Part shown: positions 1 to 5,224 of the stretch, in pieces
Layout of the letters: the number at the start of each line of letters is the position of its first letter
How positions within the stretch are numbered: the stretch's first letter is position 1
Virus record (IMG/VR): IMGVR_UViG_3300020045_002924
Span: 1-5,352 of that record
Reading direction: 5' to 3' (one strand)
Source of the DNA: a virus
Length of the DNA stretch: 5,352 bases
Program-made: the position numbers and the translations under genes
Notes under the pieces: model-generated
The model's database searches: none
What the model saw: the letters and a program-made list of their open reading frames with translations, nothing else
Told to the model about the DNA's origin: nothing

Positions 1-121
1 CAGCAAATAGAGATAGAAAATTCTCCTTTTCACATGGTAAAAGAAGAAGGAAAACAGGGCTTTATAGCCCTTGGACAATATCGAGTAAGTGAAAATCTAT
101 TCGATAAAGTAGAAGAAGTAC
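1..121. repeat. Left copy of an exact 121-nt direct terminal repeat (identical to 5232..5352). This is circular-genome assembly redundancy; the unit genome is 5231 nt.
   Basis: Read by eye: 'cagcaaatagagatagaaaattctccttttcacatgg...gtagaagaagtac' at 1..121 recurs base-for-base at 5232..5352. An ORF reads straight through the junction. Confidence 0.95.
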
Positions 122-204
122 TAGAGTACTTAGAAGAAAATAAATGGGATTTAATAATTAAAGTAGCGCTTATAATGATTAGCGCAATGAAAGGAAAAGA
201 ATAA
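1..204 (+). CDS. 3' portion (67 codons plus stop) of the junction-spanning hypothetical protein. It is the same gene as 5160..5352, whose start lies at 5160 or 5181 across the circular junction.
   Basis: Frame 1 is open from base 1 to TAA at 202..204 (QQIEIENSPFHMVKEEGKQGFIALGQYRVSENLFDKVEEVLEYLEENKWDLIIKVALIMISAMKGKE*). The stop overlaps the VP1 ATG as TAATG. The product has no recognisable family. Confidence 0.55.
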   Translation, partial: QQIEIENSPFHMVKEEGKQGFIALGQYRVSENLFDKVEEVLEYLEENKWDLIIKVALIMISAMKGKE

Positions 205-2159
205 TGAGTATACAAAAAACATTAGGCGGAGACCGCCTCGGCAGTGGAAAAAAACTAAAAGTGCAAATGCACAATTATGAAAGAAGTACACATGATTTAG
301 GATATATATGGAGAAGTTCAATGTCATGCGGAACATTAGTACCATTCATGAGTGTATTGGGGTTACCTGGAGACACATTCGACATTGATTTAAATGCAGA
401 CTGCAAAACATTACCTACTGTAGGTCCAATGTTCGGAAGCTTCAAAATGCAATTAGATGTGTTCAAATGCGATATTAGATTATATCAAGCTTTGTTGCAC
501 AACAATCAGTTGGGAATCGGAATGGATATGAGTAAAATCAAACTACCAAATTTAATTATAAATGGTAGAAATTTGGACACTAATAAGCCAATAGAAAACC
601 AACAAATTAACCAAAGCAGTATATTTGCTTATTTGGGTATAAGAGGTCTAGGGACTTCAAGTGTAGGTGAAACAGTACAGAGAACATACAATGCAGTACC
701 ATATTTAGCATATTGGGATATATACAAAAACTACTATGCAAATAAACAAGAAGAAATAGGTGCGGTTATACACGCAACTAGCAGTAATCCTTGGAATTGG
801 AGCAATTTATATATCAAAAGAAATGGACTTGTATTTTTTCAAGCAACGCCAACAACAGGAATGCCTTGGGGTGTTACTGTACTAAATGGTGATGAAGTAG
901 TAATTCTTGCAGATGTTGGATCTCAAGATGAAGGTAAAAATATAACATTTGCAATAGATGGTGGATACCATACACCATTTGAAATGTTTAGCGAAATAAT
1001 AAGTCCAGCGAATAGTCCATATGTTACATACAGATCATTAACGCCTGACTTCGATTCATTAGATTTAAACGGATTCGATTTTGTAAATCCTTACAAAGAT
1101 GAAGAAAAAGTGAGTATACAAAATTTCAGTCTTGAAAACATTGATAAAATGAGAACTAATTTACTCGCACAGGCAATAACTTCACCTTACCAAGTGCAGT
1201 CTACAGCTATATCTCCGTACGGACTACCAATGAAAAAATCATTAAGTAATGATCAACCAGTCAGCCAGTACAGCCAAGAAGGATTAGGATTAAAAACCTA
1301 TCAAAGCGACATATTCAATAATTGGTTGAGCACGGAATGGATTGACGGTGACAACGGAATTAGCAGTATTACAGCTATATCAACAACTGATGACTACTTT
1401 ACACTTGACACTTTAAACTTAAGTCAAAAAGTGTACAACATGCTAAACAGAATTGCAGTTAGCGGAGGTACATATAACGATTGGATGGAAGCAGTGTACG
1501 GAACTAAACCGTACAACATGAGCGAAACACCTATTTATATGGGTGGATTAAGCAAGGAAGTAGTATTCAACGAAGTAGTAAGTACAAGTACAACGGAAGA
1601 ATTCCCATTAGGAACTCTCGGCGGAAAGGGTGGTATGGCAAAAAAACACAAAGGTGGAAGAGTATCAATAAAATGTAACGAACCATGTTACATAATTGGT
1701 ATAGTATCATTAACACCAAGGGTAGATTATTCCCAAGGTAACGCATGGGATGTACACCTAAAAACGATGGACGATTTACACAAACCAGCATTAGATGAAA
1801 TTGGATTTCAAGATCTGTTAACAGAACAAATGGCGTTTTGGGAATCAATAGATGATCAAAAATTCAGTGCGGGAAAACAACCAGCTTGGTTAAATTACAT
1901 GACGAACTTTAACAAGTGTTATGGTAATTTTGCAGATCCAAACAAAGAAATGTTCATGACTCTAAATAGGAGATATGAATGGGAAACTAATGAAGATGGA
2001 AACCCAAGAATAAAAGATCTAACAACCTATATTGACCCAAGTAAGTACAATTATATGTTTGCACAAACAAGCTTGGATAGCCAAAACTTTTGGGTTCAAA
2101 TTGCAACGGATATTACTGCAAGAAGAAAAATGAGTAGTAAACTAATGCCTAATTTATAA
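204..2159 (+). CDS. VP1: Microviridae major capsid protein (VP1 / F-protein family), 651 aa
   Basis: This is the longest ORF. It carries blocks that resemble conserved segments I recall from gokusho-/alpa-type VP1: 'AVPYLAYWDIYKNYYANKQEE', 'LSQKVYNMLNRIAVSGGTYNDWMEAVYG' and 'TPIYMGGLSKEVVFNEVVSTS'. Its size and position next to VP2 and Rep are typical. Confidence 0.93.
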   Translation: MSIQKTLGGDRLGSGKKLKVQMHNYERSTHDLGYIWRSSMSCGTLVPFMSVLGLPGDTFDIDLNADCKTLPTVGPMFGSFKMQLDVFKCDIRLYQALLHNNQLGIGMDMSKIKLPNLIINGRNLDTNKPIENQQINQSSIFAYLGIRGLGTSSVGETVQRTYNAVPYLAYWDIYKNYYANKQEEIGAVIHATSSNPWNWSNLYIKRNGLVFFQATPTTGMPWGVTVLNGDEVVILADVGSQDEGKNITFAIDGGYHTPFEMFSEIISPANSPYVTYRSLTPDFDSLDLNGFDFVNPYKDEEKVSIQNFSLENIDKMRTNLLAQAITSPYQVQSTAISPYGLPMKKSLSNDQPVSQYSQEGLGLKTYQSDIFNNWLSTEWIDGDNGISSITAISTTDDYFTLDTLNLSQKVYNMLNRIAVSGGTYNDWMEAVYGTKPYNMSETPIYMGGLSKEVVFNEVVSTSTTEEFPLGTLGGKGGMAKKHKGGRVSIKCNEPCYIIGIVSLTPRVDYSQGNAWDVHLKTMDDLHKPALDEIGFQDLLTEQMAFWESIDDQKFSAGKQPAWLNYMTNFNKCYGNFADPNKEMFMTLNRRYEWETNEDGNPRIKDLTTYIDPSKYNYMFAQTSLDSQNFWVQIATDITARRKMSSKLMPNL

Positions 2160-2163
2160 AAAA

Positions 2164-2481
2164 ATGAGATATCATAAAATAAAAAATGAGACAACAATAA
2201 CTGTAAATAATAGTTATGAAGGTGAAAGTATCGAAAACAAAATCGAAAGAATAGTGACTCAAAATGAGCCTATTAAAGACGGTGCACCGCTGATATATAC
2301 CGAAAGAGAAGACGGAGTAAAAGCAGAACACGATATAAGAACTGATAGATGGGAAATAGCAATCGAAGCAATGGATGCAGTAAGTAAAAGCACTCTTGCA
2401 AAAAGAGAAGCTAAACTAAAAAAAGAAGAAGTGGCAGTTGAAGAAATCAAGCCAGTCAACACAAGCGATCCAGTAAATTAA
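2164..2481 (+). CDS. Small acidic protein, 105 aa; possibly an internal scaffolding (VP3-like) protein
   Basis: The ORF starts 4 nt after the VP1 stop and shares the strand and composition of its neighbours. It is rich in E/K/D, with an 'APLIYTEREDGVKAEHDIRTDRWEIAIEAMD' block and a charged helical tail. The position between VP1 and VP2 fits a small structural or scaffold gene. Function is inferred from context only. Confidence 0.6.
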   Translation: MRYHKIKNETTITVNNSYEGESIENKIERIVTQNEPIKDGAPLIYTEREDGVKAEHDIRTDRWEIAIEAMDAVSKSTLAKREAKLKKEEVAVEEIKPVNTSDPVN

Positions 2482-2496
2482 TTATTAAAATCAAAG

Positions 2497-2545
2497 GTGG
2501 TACGCATGTATTCTATATTATCAAGAAGAGTGAGTACCACTTTTT
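2497..2545 (+). terminator. Stem-loop (GTGGTAC ... GTACCAC, 7-bp stem, ~30-nt loop) followed by T5 then A9; a weak intrinsic-terminator or attenuator candidate, or an ssDNA structure
   Basis: Bases 2497..2503 are the reverse complement of 2534..2540. TTTTT follows at 2541..2545 and A9 at 2546..2554. The element lies in the 84-nt gap between the 105-aa ORF and VP2. The large loop makes it a poor canonical terminator. Confidence 0.3.
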
Positions 2546-2565
2546 AAAAAAAAAGCGCGAAAAAT

Positions 2566-3453
2566 ATGGGGGCAGTAGAACAATTAGGAATGCAACTAGG
2601 AGGTCAAGTAATGCAACAAGTAGGCTACGGACTAGGAGAAGCAACAGGCTACAACAAAGCAGTAGCAAATGACCAATTAGAGCAACAAGACAAGCTAGGA
2701 GCAATCCAGCAAAAATACGCATTCGAAGGAATGGACAAAGCATATGATATGAACAGTCCAGAAAACAACGTAAGAAGGCTAAAAGAAGCAGGATTAAATC
2801 CAGCAATGATGTATGGAGGAAGTGGTAGCGGAGGAAGCTCAGTAAACGCACCACAAGCACAAGGCGGACACGCAAGCGATGAAGCAGCAAGAAAGCAAAA
2901 TGATATACAAACTCAAGGAATGGCCATGCAAATGGCAAAACTAAGGAGTGAAATAGACCTAAATGATAGTGTAACAGAAAGAAACAGAAAAGAAGCCGGA
3001 CTAAGTACAGAAAGAACAACAACTGAAAAAGAAATGAGACAACCCTCAAAAGAAAAAACAATACAAGAGGGAGCAAACAAATACCTTGAAAACAAGGAAA
3101 AAACTTGGAAAATGACAGGAAATAACAATGAATGGCAATACAACGGTGGTGAAAAAGGAATGGAAGTAAACGTAAGCGGACAGGGATTTATAGCACAAGA
3201 AGCAATAAATAATATACTTGAAAGCATAGCAAGACAAGGCAACGCAAATGCACAAGCATTGCTAACTAACGAAAAAGCAAAAGGATACTTCCAAGAACTA
3301 GTAAATGCAACAAAACACGCAAATGCGGCAGAGATTGGAGCACTAGCACACAAACTGAGTACAGAATGGAATACAGGTGAAATGACAAATTGGAAAACTT
3401 GGGCAGAACTAGCAGCACTAGCAGCGGGAAGCATAAGTAAAATAATAAAATAA
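2566..3453 (+). CDS. VP2: Microviridae minor capsid / DNA pilot protein (VP2, H-like), 295 aa
   Basis: It has a Q/G/A-rich low-complexity N-terminus, an 'RRLKEAGLNPAMMYGG' block (AGLNP at nt 2788..2802) that resembles a motif I recall from microvirus VP2, a Gly/Ser linker GGSGSGGSS (nt 2815..2841) and long charged helical stretches. Its position between the capsid gene and Rep fits. Confidence 0.8.
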   Translation: MGAVEQLGMQLGGQVMQQVGYGLGEATGYNKAVANDQLEQQDKLGAIQQKYAFEGMDKAYDMNSPENNVRRLKEAGLNPAMMYGGSGSGGSSVNAPQAQGGHASDEAARKQNDIQTQGMAMQMAKLRSEIDLNDSVTERNRKEAGLSTERTTTEKEMRQPSKEKTIQEGANKYLENKEKTWKMTGNNNEWQYNGGEKGMEVNVSGQGFIAQEAINNILESIARQGNANAQALLTNEKAKGYFQELVNATKHANAAEIGALAHKLSTEWNTGEMTNWKTWAELAALAAGSISKIIK

Positions 3454-3456
3454 AAA

Positions 3457-3498
3457 ATGGCACGGTTTGGATTCCTTCGGAATGCCATGCCGTGCCAT
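3457..3498. other. Strong GC-rich imperfect hairpin in the VP2-Rep intergenic region
   Basis: ATGGCACGG (3457..3465) pairs with CCGTGCCAT (3490..3498), giving a 9-bp outer stem. ATTCC (3471..3475) pairs with GGAAT (3479..3483) around loop TTC. GGT/ACC-type pairs are also possible in between. TGCCAT occurs twice (3483..3488 and 3493..3498), which allows alternative pairing. The hairpin starts 3 nt after the VP2 stop. A-runs flank it on both sides, so there is no downstream U-tract for + transcripts. Confidence 0.7.
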
Positions 3499-3545
3499 AA
3501 ATGTAAAAAAAAGTATACATAATAAGAATGAACAACTATTTAACA

Positions 3546-3562
3546 GGTCGGAAATACCGACC
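3546..3562. other. Second GC-rich hairpin (GGTCGG-AAATA-CCGACC), 32 nt upstream of the Rep start
   Basis: A 6-bp perfect stem with a 5-nt loop, read directly from the sequence. It is conspicuous in an AT-rich intergenic region. Confidence 0.6.
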
Positions 3563-3593
3563 GATTAAATATTGTTCAGTAAAAAGATAAAAT

Positions 3594-4562
3594 ATGTGCC
3601 TATATCCGAAGTTAATAAAAAATAGAAAATATATAGCAAATAAAAAAAATGGAGGGAACGTACCTGAAATAAAGGACAGCAGAACCGAGATTGTACCAAT
3701 CGGATGCGGGAAGTGTATAGAATGCATGAAGCAAAAAAAAAGAGAATGGCAGGTAAGAATGAATGAAGAAATTAGAAATAATAAAGAAGGTAACTACGTA
3801 ACACTGACATTCAGTGAAGAAAGTATAATAGAATTAAGTAAAGATGTGGAAATAAAAAGTCTAAGAAAAGATCTAGACAATGAGATAGCAACACTAGCAG
3901 TGAGAAGATTCCTCGAGAGATGGAGAAAAAAATATAAAACAAGTGTAAGACACTGGTTAGTAACAGAATTAGGGCATAATAATACAGAAAGAATACATAT
4001 GCATGGAATAATATTTAATAAAAATAATGAAGAAATAGAAAAAATATGGAAATATGGACACGTTTGGTTCGGTGAATGGGTTAACGAACAAACAATAAAT
4101 TATATAGTAAAATACATAAATAAAATAGATCAAGATCATAAAGGGTACACAAGTAAAATATTATGCAGCAAAGGCATAGGAAGTAACTATATGAAAAGAA
4201 TAGATAGTAAAATAAACAAGTACAACGGAGAAGAAACAAAAGAATACTATAAAACTAAAACAGGAAGTAAATTAAGTCTACCAAAGTACTATAGAAATAA
4301 AATATATACAGATGAAGAAAGGGAAGATTTATGGATAAATCTACTAAATAAAGAAGAAAGATATGTAGGCGGTGAATACATAGATGTAAGTATAAATGAT
4401 GATGAATATAACAAAGCATTAGAATACTACAGAGAAAAAAATAAAAGATTAGGCTATGGAGATGATAGCAAACAATGGAGTAAAGAAAACTATCAACAAG
4501 AAAGAGAAAAATTAAGAGGTTTAAAGAATTATATAAATTCTAAAAGAAATAAACAAGTATAA
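3594..4562 (+). CDS. VP4: Replication initiation protein (VP4 / gpA-like HUH rolling-circle endonuclease), 322 aa
   Basis: RCR motif 1 is 'YVTLTF' (nt 3795..3812). The motif 2 HUH is 'RIHMHGIIF' (HMH at nt 3996..4004). Motif 3, the two-tyrosine 'YIVKYINK' (nt 4101..4124), resembles the phiX174 gpA active-site YxxKYxxK pattern. The N-terminus has 'MCLYP' plus a 'GCGKCIEC' cysteine cluster. Confidence 0.93.
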   Translation: MCLYPKLIKNRKYIANKKNGGNVPEIKDSRTEIVPIGCGKCIECMKQKKREWQVRMNEEIRNNKEGNYVTLTFSEESIIELSKDVEIKSLRKDLDNEIATLAVRRFLERWRKKYKTSVRHWLVTELGHNNTERIHMHGIIFNKNNEEIEKIWKYGHVWFGEWVNEQTINYIVKYINKIDQDHKGYTSKILCSKGIGSNYMKRIDSKINKYNGEETKEYYKTKTGSKLSLPKYYRNKIYTDEEREDLWINLLNKEERYVGGEYIDVSINDDEYNKALEYYREKNKRLGYGDDSKQWSKENYQQEREKLRGLKNYINSKRNKQV

Positions 4563-4574
4563 TAATAAAAATAT

Positions 4575-4582
4575 TATATTTG
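4575..4582 (+). promoter_or_regulatory. Match to the Bacteroidetes-type -7 promoter box consensus TAnnTTTG (TATATTTG), 24 nt upstream of the peptidase ATG
   Basis: The motif was read directly in the 43-nt Rep-peptidase spacer and overlaps an 8-bp palindrome, TTTGCAAA (4579..4586). No clear -33 TTTG partner was seen. The same 8-mer also occurs inside VP1 (620..627), so a chance match is plausible. Confidence 0.25.
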
Positions 4583-4605
4583 CAAACAATTTAATAATAT
4601 AAAAT

Positions 4606-4932
4606 ATGAAAAGAAAAAATTCAAGTGTTAATCTAGAAAGATTAAACAAAGAAATGAAAGTTGCAATGGTAAAAACCGAAAATGCATGCAAGGCAATAGA
4701 AGGTAAAAAGTATGAAATAACGATTACAAGTGCAAAAGATGGAAAGCATAAGATTAATAGTAAACACTACACAGGTGATGCAATAGACATTAGAACTAGA
4801 GATATGAAATATCCAAGCGCATGTACAATAAGAATTAAAATAGAAATTGGAGACGATTACGATGTAATAAACGAAGGTGATCATATACATATAGAATACG
4901 ATCCAAAAACAAATAAAAGTTGGAAAAAATAA
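4606..4932 (+). CDS. Small LAS-family (peptidase M15 / VanY / hedgehog-fold) zinc peptidase-like protein, 108 aa; candidate peptidoglycan hydrolase (endolysin)
   Basis: 'ITSAKDG...NSKHYTGDAIDIR' fits the S-x-H-x-x-G-x-A-x-D zinc-ligand motif (His54 at nt 4765..4767, Asp61 at nt 4786..4788). 'GDHIHIEYD' fits the C-terminal H-x-H motif (nt 4882..4890). The ~35-residue spacing and the minimal size are consistent with a bare catalytic domain. No signal peptide or TM segment is present. Confidence 0.72.
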   Translation: MKRKNSSVNLERLNKEMKVAMVKTENACKAIEGKKYEITITSAKDGKHKINSKHYTGDAIDIRTRDMKYPSACTIRIKIEIGDDYDVINEGDHIHIEYDPKTNKSWKK

Positions 4933-4962
4933 ACTAAATATCCTAGAAGGGAGGTGTATAAA

Positions 4963-5067
4963 ATGGAAAAAACAGAAATTATTCAAATAGTAGCAAATTT
5001 CATAGTGTTTATAATAGGCTTATTAATTAAAAGCCCAATAAAGAAAAAAAATGGAATGGAAAACTAA
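4963..5067 (+). CDS. 34-aa single-pass membrane peptide (MEKTEIIQIVANFIVFIIGLLIKSPIKKKNGMEN); candidate holin-like or lysis-accessory protein
   Basis: Translated manually, because it is below the ORF-track cutoff. It has a 17-residue uninterrupted hydrophobic core (I6-I22) and a Lys-rich C-tail. It is preceded by the only strong Shine-Dalgarno sequence in the genome (GGGAGGTG, 4948..4955, 7 nt before the ATG). It starts 30 nt after the peptidase stop. Confidence 0.5.
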   Translation: MEKTEIIQIVANFIVFIIGLLIKSPIKKKNGMEN

Positions 5068-5224
5068 AGTACAATTAGTAGACATAGATACAGGAGAAAT
5101 CCTGTATCAAAAAGACTTAATAAATTACGTATTAATAAATAAAGAAAAAAAAACAGATTATGGAATCAAAGAAATCAATTATGTTAAACTCTATCGGAGA
5201 GTCTACAGAAGTATATTCGACTGA
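5051..5224 (+). CDS. 57-aa hypothetical protein (MEWKTKVQLVDIDTGEILYQKDLINYVLINKEKKTDYGIKEINYVKLYRRVYRSIFD)
   Basis: Translated manually. Its ATG lies within the last 17 nt of the 34-aa ORF, at the end of an A8 run. Without it, 5068..5159 would be non-coding in a compact genome. No family was recognised. Confidence 0.4.
   Translation: MEWKTKVQLVDIDTGEILYQKDLINYVLINKEKKTDYGIKEINYVKLYRRVYRSIFD

Noticed and set aside
171-176. A perfect TATAAT hexamer 28 nt upstream of the VP1 ATG, flanked by a TAGCGC direct repeat (164..169 and 179..184)
   Set aside because: No convincing -35 element lies at the proper spacing. The hexamer is expected by chance in AT-rich DNA and lies inside a coding region. 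If the host is a Bacteroidetes species, the sigma-70 consensus does not apply.
30-466. Minus-strand ORFs 30..215, 151..345 and 275..466
   Set aside because: They are short and hydrophobic or low-complexity. They lie antisense to the junction ORF and the VP1 start. All supported genes in this genome, as in known Microviridae, are on one strand.
620-627. A second TATATTTG match to the Bacteroidetes -7 box inside VP1
   Set aside because: It is internal to a long gene with no downstream start. It mainly shows that the motif occurs by chance in this composition, which is why the 4575..4582 call has low confidence.
1567-1848. Minus-strand 93-aa ORF inside VP1, plus minus-strand ORFs 2149..2331, 2259..2462, 3536..3727 and 4642..4986
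   Set aside because: The reasoning is the same: they are antisense to strongly supported genes, have biased L/F/I composition, and lack initiation signals and motifs.
2506-2547. A 13-codon mini-ORF (MYSILSRRVSTTF) preceded by an AAGGTGG SD-like sequence in the ORF2-VP2 spacer
   Set aside because: It is too short to support and coincides with the stem-loop arms. The SD-like sequence is simply the 5' arm of the hairpin. It remains conceivable as a leader peptide, but nothing here shows it.
2513-3535. Long minus-strand ORFs antisense to VP2 (2513..3076, 187 aa; 2913..3488, 191 aa; 3046..3255; 3266..3535)
   Set aside because: Their translations are monotonous Leu/Phe/Ser/Cys-rich strings, which are the mirror image of the purine-rich GAA/AAG/GCA codons of VP2. 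They have no plausible start context and no recognisable motifs, and they fully overlap a well-supported gene. They are compositional artefacts of an A-rich, T-poor coding strand.
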